35,742 nucleotides of DNA from the NCBI GenBank assembly GCA_947625085.1, contig CANQMV010000004.1:1-35742 (forward strand), given 5' to 3'. Of this stretch, positions 8,948 to 17,926 are shown in pieces; position 1 is the first letter of the stretch, and each line of letters opens with the position of its first letter. The notes below the pieces were generated by a model. That model was not told the origin of the DNA, did no database searches, and saw only the letters and a list, made by a program, of their open reading frames with translations. The translations under genes were made by a program, and so were the position numbers. The DNA comes from an uncultured Bacilli bacterium (GTDB taxonomy: Bacteria; Bacillota_I; Bacilli_A; RF39; UBA660).

Positions 8948-9479
8948 TGGTTTTTTAAAAGGGCGAACTATAAAAGGTTATAATATAATTGGAACTAGAC
9001 CAACGATGGACCGAGTTAAAGAAAGTATTTTTGCAACTATTCAGTCTAAAGTAAAAGATAGTTTAGTTTTAGATCTCTTTGCTGGAAGTGGCAATTATGG
9101 AATTGAAGCTTTAAGTAATTATTCCAAGTATGTCTATTTTAATGATAGCAATAAAGAATGTTTAAAAATAATTAAAGAAAATTTACTAAATTTTAATATT
9201 TTAACTAAAGCTACTCTTTTAAATTATGATTATAAAGATTGTTTAGAAACTTTAAAAAAAGCGAACTTAAAATTTGATTTAATTTTTTTAGACCCACCTT
9301 ATAAATTAGATATTTTAGATGATATCTTAACTTTTTTAGGTAAATATTTAGTAAATCAAAATGGGTTAGTTATAGTAGAATTTGAAAATAAAGTTTTACA
9401 AACCAAATATCAAACATTAGTTTTATGGAAAATGAAAAAATATGGTTTAAAACAAGTATATATTTATGAAAGGATTTAG
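8934..9479 (+). CDS. rsmD: 16S rRNA (guanine966-N2)-methyltransferase RsmD
   Basis: MKVISG..KGR, TRPTMDRVKESIF, LDLFAGSG, FDLIFLDPPY. RBS GAGAGG before ATG 8934. Confidence 0.95.
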   Translation: MKVISGFLKGRTIKGYNIIGTRPTMDRVKESIFATIQSKVKDSLVLDLFAGSGNYGIEALSNYSKYVYFNDSNKECLKIIKENLLNFNILTKATLLNYDYKDCLETLKKANLKFDLIFLDPPYKLDILDDILTFLGKYLVNQNGLVIVEFENKVLQTKYQTLVLWKMKKYGLKQVYIYERI

Positions 9480-9480
9480 G

Positions 9481-9648
9481 ATGAAAGATAATCGTGGTTT
9501 TGCAATTTCAACAATGCTTTATGCTTTAATTTTTATAACAATTGCAACTTTTTATATGATAATATTAATTGTTAGTACAAGAAATGATACTAATACAGAT
9601 TTTGTTAATGAAATAAGAGACCAATTAGACACTTTAAAAATAAATTAA
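9481..9648 (+). CDS. Small prepilin-like (class III signal peptide) protein
   Basis: MKDNRG|FAISTMLYALIFITIATFYMIILIV: a basic leader, G|F site, then a hydrophobic helix. Confidence 0.6.
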   Translation: MKDNRGFAISTMLYALIFITIATFYMIILIVSTRNDTNTDFVNEIRDQLDTLKIN

Positions 9649-9727
9649 TTATAAAAATTATGAAAATTACTATCAAATAAATTTTATTTATGGTAATATT
9701 TAGTATATGGATTGTAGGTGATTAGAA

Positions 9728-10384
9728 TTGAGAATGGATCGTTATGAAGAAGAGGAAGTAAAAGATGTCAAACTTAGTAGAATAGATAAAAATCGAGAAT
9801 TATATACAGATGTTTACTTAAATAATGTCTACGTTGATATAAAAAATTTAAAAGAAGTTATGAAGGAAGATACTGAAGAAGAAGAAAAGAAAATTGTTAA
9901 AGAAATAGATAAAGTAGAAGATTACACTTATGAAGAAAAAAATTATGATATTAAAGAGATAGTTGATTTGGCAATTAAAAATAAAAAAGATGATAATTTA
10001 AAAAGAAGTTTAGATAATGAAACGAGTGACCAAGAAATTAAAGAATTAATTGCAAGTATTAATGAAAGAGATACAAAAGAATCTTTAAACAATGATAATT
10101 TATTAAGTGAACTTTTACCAACTAATGATAATACAGCGCTTATTCCACCTTTAGAAGAACCAATTTTAGATACTTCTAATCTAACACTTCCAGATGAAGA
10201 AAATGAAGAAAATGAAAATCTTGATAATGAGATGATAGAAGATATTTCAGAGAATGATTTAGAATCAGATACTAGTTTTGTTGAATCTTCTAGGTTTAAA
10301 TATCTAAAAATAATTATTATTTTAGCAAGTTTAATTATGATTGGTATTATTATTGTAATTTTAAAACTTAAGGGAGTTTTTTAA
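9728..10384 (+). CDS. Hypothetical acidic protein with C-terminal membrane anchor
   Basis: Very D/E-rich, with a single C-terminal hydrophobic helix. RBS AGGTG. Start may be ATG 9734. Confidence 0.75.
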   Translation: MRMDRYEEEEVKDVKLSRIDKNRELYTDVYLNNVYVDIKNLKEVMKEDTEEEEKKIVKEIDKVEDYTYEEKNYDIKEIVDLAIKNKKDDNLKRSLDNETSDQEIKELIASINERDTKESLNNDNLLSELLPTNDNTALIPPLEEPILDTSNLTLPDEENEENENLDNEMIEDISENDLESDTSFVESSRFKYLKIIIILASLIMIGIIIVILKLKGVF

Positions 10385-10415
10385 CTTAAAAATCGGAAAA
10401 ATTGCAATATTTTGC

Positions 10416-10443
10416 TTGAATTACATAAAATATATGGTATAAT
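10416..10443 (+). promoter_or_regulatory. sigmaA promoter of the rimP-nusA-infB operon
   Basis: TTGAAT-16 bp-TATAAT with extended TGn. Confidence 0.65.
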
Positions 10444-10454
10444 GTAGTTAAATT

Positions 10455-10477
10455 GAGTGGGAGAAATCCTGCTCTTT
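10455..10477 (+). promoter_or_regulatory. rimP leader hairpin
   Basis: GAGTGGGA-GAAA-TCCTGCTC-TTT: a GAGTGGG-type stem-loop of the kind commonly seen upstream of rimP. Confidence 0.65.
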
Positions 10478-10494
10478 AATTTGTGAGGAGGAGT

Positions 10495-10743
10495 ATGGAG
10501 GATAAAGTAAAAGATTTATTAAAAGGAAAACTTAACAATTTAAATTTAGAAGTTGATAGTGTCTTACTAGAAAAAGAAAATAATAATTTATTTTTAAGAA
10601 TATGTCTTGATTCTAAAGAGATAATAACCCTTGATAAAATAGTTTTAGCAACTAATATAATTAATCCTATTTTAGATAAGGCTGATTTAATTGAAGAAAA
10701 GTATGTTTTAGAAGTATATGGAAAGAGTAAAGGAAGTGATTAA
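10495..10743 (+). CDS. rimP: RimP, N-terminal domain only (82 aa)
   Basis: FLRICLD..ITLDKI...INPILD..D.I..KYVLEV. First gene of the nusA operon. RBS GAGGAGG before ATG 10495. Confidence 0.8.
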   Translation: MEDKVKDLLKGKLNNLNLEVDSVLLEKENNNLFLRICLDSKEIITLDKIVLATNIINPILDKADLIEEKYVLEVYGKSKGSD

Positions 10744-11847
10744 ATGAACGCGAGTGAATTTTTAAAAGCTGTTGATAATATTGTTAAAGAAAAAAATATT
10801 GATAAAGAAATTGTTTTTGAATCAATGGAAGCAGCTCTAACAACAGCTTATAAAAAAAATTATGGAAAAAGTAACAGTAAAGTTTTAATAAATCGGGATA
10901 CTGGAGAGATTAAAGTTTATTCATATATAAATGTTGTTGAAGACCCAAAAGAAGAAGTACTTGAAGATGGAAGTACTTATTTAAAAGAAATCAATCCCAG
11001 TTTAGAAATTGCTTTAAGTGATGCTAAGAAAATTAATAAAACCTTAGAAGTAGGAGATACAATCGATACTTTAATTACTCCTAAAGAAGATTTTTCAAGA
11101 GTTGCAACTTCAACTGCTAAACAAGTAGTAATTCAAAAAATAAGAGAAGCTGAAAGAAATAGTATTTTAGCTGAATTCCAAGATAAAGAAGGCGAGATGT
11201 TACTTGGAACCGTTGCCTTAGAAGATACAGATAATTATTTTATTGATTTAGGACATAGTAATGGTATTTTACCTAAAAGAGAAATTATTCCTGGTGAAAA
11301 AATTGAAATGGGGTCAACTATTCGCGTTTATGTTACCAAAATTGATAATTCAGGAAGAAATTTAGTAATTAAATTAAGTAGAACTCATTATGGATTTGTT
11401 AAACGTTTATTTGAACTTGAAATTCCTGAATTTGCTGATGGAACCGTTTTAATGTATGGAGTTGCAAGAGAAGCTGGCGTTAGAAGTAAAGTAGCCGTTT
11501 ATTCTGAAAATGAAAATTTTGACCCAATCGGAGCTTGTATTGGGGAAAAAGGTAGCCGAATTGCTTTAATTATTAAAGAATTAAAGGGTGAAAAAATAGA
11601 TTTAGTTAAATATGATAAAGACCCTAAAATATTTATTGAAAATGCTTTACAACCTGCTCATGATTTAACAGTTTTAATAACTGACCCTAAGAAAAATGAA
11701 GCAATTGTAGTTGCCTCTCGTGATAACTTCTCACTTGCAATTGGTAAAAAAGGTATTAATGCTAAACTTGCTAGTCGCTTAACAAAATATAAATTAGATA
11801 TTAAAAACGAAGAAGACGCGAAAGCGCTTGGAATTAAAATAGAATAG
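10744..11847 (+). CDS. nusA: Transcription termination/antitermination factor NusA
   Basis: AKQVVIQKIREAER, S1 domain, AREAGVRSKVAV, DPIGACIG, SLAIGKKGINAKLA. Confidence 0.97.
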   Translation: MNASEFLKAVDNIVKEKNIDKEIVFESMEAALTTAYKKNYGKSNSKVLINRDTGEIKVYSYINVVEDPKEEVLEDGSTYLKEINPSLEIALSDAKKINKTLEVGDTIDTLITPKEDFSRVATSTAKQVVIQKIREAERNSILAEFQDKEGEMLLGTVALEDTDNYFIDLGHSNGILPKREIIPGEKIEMGSTIRVYVTKIDNSGRNLVIKLSRTHYGFVKRLFELEIPEFADGTVLMYGVAREAGVRSKVAVYSENENFDPIGACIGEKGSRIALIIKELKGEKIDLVKYDKDPKIFIENALQPAHDLTVLITDPKKNEAIVVASRDNFSLAIGKKGINAKLASRLTKYKLDIKNEEDAKALGIKIE

Positions 11848-12126
11848 GTGAATATGAAGCCTAAAAAGATACCCCTTAGAACTTGTGTTGTAACCCATGA
11901 AAAATTACCTAAACGCGATTTACTTAGAATTGTAAGAAGTAAAGATGGTGTTGTGGAAGTTGATTTAACTGGTAAAAAAAATGGTCGGGGAGCCTATATT
12001 AAAAATTCCCTTGAAACATTAGAACTAGCAAGAAAAAGTAAAGTTTTAGAACGTCATTTAGAAGTTACAATTGAGGATAAGGTTTATGATGAAATAAAAA
12101 AAATAATTGAAAATCAAAAAATCTAA
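11848..12126 (+). CDS. ylxR: YlxR/RnpM RNA-binding protein (DUF448)
   Basis: KKIPLRTCVVT..KRDLLRIVR..D.TGKKNGRGAYI. Confidence 0.93.
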   Translation: MNMKPKKIPLRTCVVTHEKLPKRDLLRIVRSKDGVVEVDLTGKKNGRGAYIKNSLETLELARKSKVLERHLEVTIEDKVYDEIKKIIENQKI

Positions 12127-12150
12127 TAATTATAAAGAAAGAGGTGGGAT

Positions 12151-14262
12151 ATGAGTATTTTAGATTATGCCTTGGATGTTAATAAAGATGTATCAGAAAT
12201 TATTAGTTTATGCAAAGAATTAAACATTAATAAAGAATCAGGTGATGATATTTTAACTGACCTTGAAATAACCCTTCTTGATAATAAAATTGATTCCTTA
12301 AAAGAAAATGAAAATCCTGATTATGAATATGATGAAGAGTTAGAAAATAAGGTTGATAATTTAGTTAGTAAGATTGATATTAATCTTGATGATGTAAGTA
12401 GTAAAAAAGAGAAAGTTAAAAGTAAAACTGAAGCTAAACTTGATGCAAAAATGAAATTTCAAAAAGGGCGAAAAGAAATTTATAAACATCGAGATAAATT
12501 AATGGAAAATAAAGAAGACTTAGATGTTATCATTTACAATGAAAAAATGACTCCAGCATCTCTTGCAGCACTTTTAAATGTTCCAGGAACCGAGATTGTT
12601 AAAAAGTTATTTAATTTAGGAATAATGGCTAATTTAAATCAAACTTTAAATTTTGAAACGGTTGAGTTGGTACTTTTAGATTATAATAAAAAGTTAAAAA
12701 ATGAAGAAAGTGTTGATAAATCAAACTTTGAACAATATGAAATTATTGATAAAGAAAGTGATTTAGTAACTCGTCCCCCAGTAATTACAATTATGGGACA
12801 CGTTGACCATGGTAAAACGACTTTACTTGATACCATTAGAAAAAGTAATGTTCGAGAAGGGGAAGCGGGTGGAATTACCCAGGCAATTGGAGCTTATCAA
12901 GTTGAAGTTAATGGGCGAAAAGTAACTTTCATTGATACACCAGGTCATGAAGCTTTCACGAAAATGCGCTCAAGAGGAGCAAGTATCACTGATATTGTTG
13001 TTTTAATTGTAGCAGCTAATGATGGTGTAATGCCCCAAACTAAAGAAGCCATCGACCATGCTAAAGCGGCTAAAGTTCCAATTGTAGTTGCAATTAATAA
13101 AGTTGATTTACCAGATGCTAATGTTGATAGAGTCTTAACCGAATTAACAGAATATGGGTTAGTACCAGAAAAGTTTGGTGGCGATGTTATTACTTGTAAT
13201 ATTTCAGCGAAAACTGGAGCTGGCGTTCCTGAACTTTTAGAAACATTACTTTTAGTAAGTGAAATGGCTGAACTTAAAGCTAATCCTAATCGTTATGCGA
13301 TTGGAACTGTTCTTGAAGCAAGAAGTGACCCTAAAGTTGGAAGCATAGCCTCTCTTTTAGTGCAAAGTGGAACCTTAAGATTAGGAGACCCAGTTGTAAT
13401 TGGCAATAGTTATGGAAAAATTCGAACTTTAAAAGATGATTTAGGAAATAATATTACAAGTGCTTTACCATCAACCCCAGTTGAAGTGACTGGGATTAAT
13501 GAATTACCACTAGCGGGAGATAAATTTATGGCTTTTGAAACCGAAAAAGAAGCTAGACAAATATCATTAGAAAGACAAACTAGAAATCGCGAAATTGATA
13601 CTAATAAGTCCGGTATGAGTTTAGATGATTTGTTTAGTATGGTTGAAGCTGGTGAAAAAGAAATTAATGTTGTTTTAAAATGCGATGTTAAAGGAAGCGA
13701 AGAAGCGGTTAAAGGAGCTCTTTCAAAAATTAATGTTGATGGAGTATGGGTTAATGTTATTAGAAGTTCAGTTGGAGCCATTACAGAAAGCGATGTTTTA
13801 CTAGCTGATGCTTCAAATGCAATTATAATTGGTTTTAATGTGAGACCAAACAGTAAAATTTTAGATTTTGCTAAAGAAAAAAATGTTGATATAAGACTTT
13901 ATAATATTATTTATAAAGTAGTTGAAGAAATGGAAGAAGCAATTAAAGGAATGCTTTCTCCAACTTTTGAAGAACAAATTTTAGGTGAAGCCGAAGTAAG
14001 ACAAATCTTTAAGTTTTCAAAAATTGGCAATATTGCCGGTTCCCATGTTTTAAAAGGAGTTATCAAAAATGGTAGTGATGCTCGGGTTATTCGTGATGGA
14101 ATCTTAATTTATACTGGAAAAATTGGTTCATTACAAAGAGAAAAAGATAGTGTTAAAGAAGTTAAAAATGGATTTGACTGTGGTATTACCATTGATTCAT
14201 TTCAAGATATTAAAGAAGGCGATATAATTGAGACTTTCGAAATGGTTGAGGTAAAGAAATAA
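12151..14262 (+). CDS. infB: Translation initiation factor IF-2
   Basis: RPPVITIMGHVDHGKTTLLD, GGITQ, DTPGHEAF, NKVD. Confidence 0.98.
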   Translation: MSILDYALDVNKDVSEIISLCKELNINKESGDDILTDLEITLLDNKIDSLKENENPDYEYDEELENKVDNLVSKIDINLDDVSSKKEKVKSKTEAKLDAKMKFQKGRKEIYKHRDKLMENKEDLDVIIYNEKMTPASLAALLNVPGTEIVKKLFNLGIMANLNQTLNFETVELVLLDYNKKLKNEESVDKSNFEQYEIIDKESDLVTRPPVITIMGHVDHGKTTLLDTIRKSNVREGEAGGITQAIGAYQVEVNGRKVTFIDTPGHEAFTKMRSRGASITDIVVLIVAANDGVMPQTKEAIDHAKAAKVPIVVAINKVDLPDANVDRVLTELTEYGLVPEKFGGDVITCNISAKTGAGVPELLETLLLVSEMAELKANPNRYAIGTVLEARSDPKVGSIASLLVQSGTLRLGDPVVIGNSYGKIRTLKDDLGNNITSALPSTPVEVTGINELPLAGDKFMAFETEKEARQISLERQTRNREIDTNKSGMSLDDLFSMVEAGEKEINVVLKCDVKGSEEAVKGALSKINVDGVWVNVIRSSVGAITESDVLLADASNAIIIGFNVRPNSKILDFAKEKNVDIRLYNIIYKVVEEMEEAIKGMLSPTFEEQILGEAEVRQIFKFSKIGNIAGSHVLKGVIKNGSDARVIRDGILIYTGKIGSLQREKDSVKEVKNGFDCGITIDSFQDIKEGDIIETFEMVEVKK

Positions 14263-14597
14263 TGCAAACTGTAAAACTTGAACGCTTAAATAATGCTTTT
14301 ATGGAACAATTTAATATTATCTTTGGAACGGAAGTTAAAAATCCAATTTTAAAAAATGTAATTGTAACCTCAGTTCAAATAACTAATGATTTAAGTTATG
14401 CTAAAGTATATTTTACTTGTTTTGATTTAAATCGGGAGCAGGTATTAAAAGAACTTAAAGAAAGTGCTAGTTTTTTAAGAGGTGAGATATCAAAACGTGT
14501 TGAAATAAGACATACACCTGAATTAATCTTTTTATATGATGAATCACTTGAATATGCAAGACGAATTGAAGAAAAAATCAAAGAAATAAATGAATAA
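14262..14597 (+). CDS. rbfA: Ribosome-binding factor A
   Basis: TNDLSYAKVYF, FLRGEI...RHTPELIFLYDES. Follows infB. Confidence 0.95.
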   Translation: MQTVKLERLNNAFMEQFNIIFGTEVKNPILKNVIVTSVQITNDLSYAKVYFTCFDLNREQVLKELKESASFLRGEISKRVEIRHTPELIFLYDESLEYARRIEEKIKEINE

Positions 14598-14599
14598 TC

Positions 14600-14628
14600 T
14601 TGCCTTTTAAAAGAAATTTGACTATAAT
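14600..14628 (+). promoter_or_regulatory. sigmaA promoter of the glyS leader
   Basis: TTGCCT-17 bp-TATAAT. Confidence 0.7.
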
Positions 14629-14634
14629 TAATTT

Positions 14635-14752
14635 AAGAAACGATGACGGGCTTGGAAACCCAACAGTTATATAAAAAAAGAGATTCTTTGGAATAAATAA
14701 AGTGGAACCGCGGGTTTACTCGTCTTTATAAAGAGAATCTCTTTTTATTTTA
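14635..14752 (+). ncRNA. Compact T-box riboswitch (Gly)
   Basis: Antiterminator TAAAG-TGGAACC-GCG...CGT-CTTTA (14698-14728), T-run, directly upstream of glyS. Very short Stem I GGG-CTTGGAAA-CCC. Confidence 0.78.
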
Positions 14753-14763
14753 AGGAGGAAAAT

Positions 14764-16128
14764 ATGAAAATGGATGATTTAGTTAATTATTGCAAACAAT
14801 ATGGATTTATTTTTCAAGGAAGTGAAATTTATGGGGGTTTAGCTAATACTTGGGATTATGGACCCCTTGGAGCCAGACTTAAAAATAATGTTAAAGATTT
14901 TTGGCGGAAAAGATTTATTCAAGAACGAAAAGATGCTTATGAAGTTGATGCCGATATCTTAATGCATCCAAGAGTTTGGGAAGCATCTGGTCATGTTGAT
15001 TCTTTTGCTGACCCTTTAACTGATTGTAGAAACTGTAAAACTAGACATCGAGCTGATAATTTAGTAAATGACTATACTGCATCAAGTATTGGTGATAAAA
15101 TGTCTAATTCAGAATTAATGGATTATATAAGAGAAAATAAAGTTCCTTGTCCTAAATGTGGCAAATGTGATTTTACGGAGATAAGACAATTTAAGTTAAT
15201 GTTTGAAACTTACCGCGGAGTTGTTAAAGATTCTAAAAGTGTTGTTTATTTAAGACCAGAAAATGCTCAAGGTGAATATGTAAATTACTTAAATGTTTTA
15301 AGAAGTATGCGAGCTAAGTTACCATTTAGTATTGGTCAAATAGGAAAAGCTTTTCGAAATGAAATTACCCCTGGTAACTTTACTTTTCGAACTATTGAGT
15401 TTGAGCAAATGGAATATCAAACCTTTTGCCATGAAGGTGATGATACTAAGCTTTATGAATATTTTAAGGATTATGGGAAAAAGTTTTATCTTGATTTAGG
15501 ACTTCCAAGTGATAAATTAAGATTTCATGACCATGAAAAACTAGCGCATTATGCTAAACAAGCTTGTGATATTGAATATTTATTTCCTTTTGGTTGGGGA
15601 GAAATTAATGGAACTCATAATCGAACTAATTATGATTTAACAAGACATGAAGAGTATAGTGGAGTTAGTCAAAGTTATCTAGACCCGGTAACAAACGAAA
15701 AATATATTCCTTATATTATTGAATCAACTTATGGACTTGATAGAACAGTTTTAGCTCTTTTATTTGAAGCTTATGAAAAAGAAAAATTAGAAGATAACAG
15801 TGAACGCGAAGTTTTAAAATTAAAACCATTTCTTGCTCCATATAAAGTTGCAGTTTTACCACTTATAAAAAAGAATCATAGTGAAAAAGCAATGGAAATT
15901 TATGAAATGCTTTCGAAAAATTTCATGACTAGTTATGATGAGGCTGGAAATATTGGTAAAAGATATCGAAGAGCGGATGCTATTGGAACTCCTTTTTGTG
16001 TTACAATTGATAATGATACTTTAGAAAATGATACAGTTACTTTAAGAGAGCGAGATAGTATGAAACAAATTACGCTTAAAGTAGAGGAACTAGTTGCTTA
16101 TATTTCTGATAAAGTAAAATTTGACTAA
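14764..16128 (+). CDS. glyS: Glycine--tRNA ligase (alpha2 homodimeric type)
   Basis: GSEIYGG..NTWDYGPLG, LRPENAQG, GKAFRNEITP, EFEQME, IGKRYRRADAIGTP. Confidence 0.96.
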   Translation: MKMDDLVNYCKQYGFIFQGSEIYGGLANTWDYGPLGARLKNNVKDFWRKRFIQERKDAYEVDADILMHPRVWEASGHVDSFADPLTDCRNCKTRHRADNLVNDYTASSIGDKMSNSELMDYIRENKVPCPKCGKCDFTEIRQFKLMFETYRGVVKDSKSVVYLRPENAQGEYVNYLNVLRSMRAKLPFSIGQIGKAFRNEITPGNFTFRTIEFEQMEYQTFCHEGDDTKLYEYFKDYGKKFYLDLGLPSDKLRFHDHEKLAHYAKQACDIEYLFPFGWGEINGTHNRTNYDLTRHEEYSGVSQSYLDPVTNEKYIPYIIESTYGLDRTVLALLFEAYEKEKLEDNSEREVLKLKPFLAPYKVAVLPLIKKNHSEKAMEIYEMLSKNFMTSYDEAGNIGKRYRRADAIGTPFCVTIDNDTLENDTVTLRERDSMKQITLKVEELVAYISDKVKFD

Positions 16129-16177
16129 TTAATTTAGTATAATTAAAAAAAAGGATTAACAATTGATTTAGCAGTAC

Positions 16178-16206
16178 TTGACCTCTAAATTAAAATATTG
16201 TATCAT
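16178..16206 (+). promoter_or_regulatory. sigmaA promoter for the mgtC-like gene
   Basis: TTGACC-17 bp-TATCAT. Confidence 0.6.
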
Positions 16207-16227
16207 TAATACATAATAGGTGATGAT

Positions 16228-16932
16228 ATGGATTTTCAAGAATTTCTTTATTGTTTAATAATTTGTTTTCTTTTAAGTTTTTTAATTGGAATTGAAAGAC
16301 AATATCGAAGAAGAATAATTGGGTTAAGAACGACTATTTTAGTTTCAATTGGTGCCTTTTTATTTGTTAATTTTTCATTTTCAGTTGGAGCCCAAGATAT
16401 TTCTAGAATAGCATCTCAAGTTGTAACCGGAATTGGTTTTTTAGGAGCAGGCGTTATCTTAAAAGATGGGAAAAAAGTTCGAGGTTTAACAACAGCTGCT
16501 ACTCTTTGGTGTGATGCAGCAATTGGAATATTATGTGCTGGATCGGCCATTAAAGAAGCAATTCTTGGAACAATAATTATTCTTTTTTCCAATATTATCT
16601 TAAGATATGTTAATATATTTATAAATAAATTAAGTAGTAATAAAAATTTAATTTATAATTATAGACTTCATATAAAATGTATAAGTAAAGATGCTAATAA
16701 TTTAAAATCAGAACTTAATGATTTCTTTTTAAAGAATCGAATTGAAATCAAAAACTTTACTATCAAAGAACAAGTTAAAATAACTTCTTTTAGTTTTAAT
16801 ATTATTATAACTAAAGAAAATATTATTAATTTACAACAAGTTCTTGATAGAATTTATAGTAAATATAAATTAGATACTCTTGAATTTAAAAAAATCGCGG
16901 AGATAAAAGAAGAAAGTGAAGATGATTTATAG
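16228..16932 (+). CDS. MgtC/SapB family membrane protein
   Basis: IGIERQ, GLRT, RIASQVVTGIGFLGAGVI, GLTTAATLW. Confidence 0.92.
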   Translation: MDFQEFLYCLIICFLLSFLIGIERQYRRRIIGLRTTILVSIGAFLFVNFSFSVGAQDISRIASQVVTGIGFLGAGVILKDGKKVRGLTTAATLWCDAAIGILCAGSAIKEAILGTIIILFSNIILRYVNIFINKLSSNKNLIYNYRLHIKCISKDANNLKSELNDFFLKNRIEIKNFTIKEQVKITSFSFNIIITKENIINLQQVLDRIYSKYKLDTLEFKKIAEIKEESEDDL

Positions 16933-16943
16933 TCATCTTTTTT
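16919..16943 (+). terminator. Intrinsic terminator overlapping the mgtC stop
   Basis: AAGATGAT-ttata-GTCATCTT followed by a T-run. Confidence 0.6.
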
Positions 16944-16974
16944 CAAGGAAAATTTTGTATTTGTAGGAGGGAAT

Positions 16975-17574
16975 TTGGAAGATTATATTATAAAATTAAA
17001 AGGAGAAAAAGAGTGGGTTAGTTGGTATATAAAAGATTTAGAGTTTTCAAAAATTAAATGGGTTTTATTAACTTCTTTAGAGTTTCAAAACTTTTTAAAT
17101 GAAAATTATATTTATCAAGGTCAAAAAATTGGCCTTCCGGATTTAGAAACTTTTGAACTTGTGCCTTTTGGGTTAACTAATGTAACTTTTGATTTACCAA
17201 TAGATGATGCAATGTATTTGATTTCATATATAGAAAATAATATTTCCAAAAAAACGATTTTAACTTGTCTTAAATATTATGAAAGTATGCGTTTTCCATT
17301 AATTGATTATGATGCTAGTTATTTAGCATACACTGATACTAATTATTTTTATCAAAATTTAGGTTTATTTAAATTAAGTATGCAAAAGTTTATTGAACTT
17401 GCTTCTTTAAAACCATATTTAATTTCAAGTTATCCAAGTGATTTAGGACTTATTTGTCATACTTTTGAAACCATAAAAGAAACCTTAGAATTAAATGGCA
17501 TTAAAGTTTTCTTAAATTCTTTAGAATTAAAAAAATATCTAGATAATAATAATAAAAAACTAACTAAGTCTTGA
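16975..17574 (+). CDS. Hypothetical protein
   Basis: 199-aa ORF, TTG start with strong RBS GGAGGG, no recognised motif. Confidence 0.65.
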   Translation: MEDYIIKLKGEKEWVSWYIKDLEFSKIKWVLLTSLEFQNFLNENYIYQGQKIGLPDLETFELVPFGLTNVTFDLPIDDAMYLISYIENNISKKTILTCLKYYESMRFPLIDYDASYLAYTDTNYFYQNLGLFKLSMQKFIELASLKPYLISSYPSDLGLICHTFETIKETLELNGIKVFLNSLELKKYLDNNNKKLTKS

Positions 17575-17577
17575 AAT

Positions 17578-17799
17578 TTAGTTAGTTTTTTCATGAAAAC
17601 GATTTTTTAATTTTTCTAAAATAGCATTTTTTTCATCTTCACTGGAAGTTGTCCAAATAATTTCAAAGAAAACACCCATTCCTGGTAGTGTAACCTCATC
17701 TTGTTCTTTGATACTTTCTTCAATTGCTTTTTTTATTGTTTCAGTATCATCATCTTTAAAATTATTAATTATATAATCTCTTATCTTTATATCGTCCAT
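17578..17799 (-). CDS. sspI: Small acid-soluble spore protein SspI
   Basis: IRDYIINN...IEESI..QDEVTLPGMGVFFEIIW....EK..IL matches the SspI LPGLGVLFEVIW signature. RBS GAAAGGA. Confidence 0.88.
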   Translation of the reverse strand: MDDIKIRDYIINNFKDDDTETIKKAIEESIKEQDEVTLPGMGVFFEIIWTTSSEDEKNAILEKLKNRFHEKTN

Positions 17800-17818
17800 A
17801 TATTTTTCCTTTCGTATA

Positions 17819-17847
17819 TAGTATTATCTTTATTTTTATTTTTATTC
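17819..17847 (-). promoter_or_regulatory. Putative forespore (sigmaG/sigmaF-type) promoter for sspI
   Basis: Minus strand GAATA-17 bp-AATACTA, versus sigmaG consensus GNATA-N17/18-CATACTA. Confidence 0.45.
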
Positions 17848-17926
17848 TAAAAACTTAAGATTATTTGAAAACAAATTTACTTCTAAATATTTGCATGATA
17901 TACTTAATTAGTAATATATTTAAAAA

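Noticed and set aside
16129-16227. M-box (ykoK) riboswitch upstream of the mgtC-like gene
   Set aside because: The intergenic region is only ~100 bp, and the predicted promoter leaves a leader of about 15 nt.
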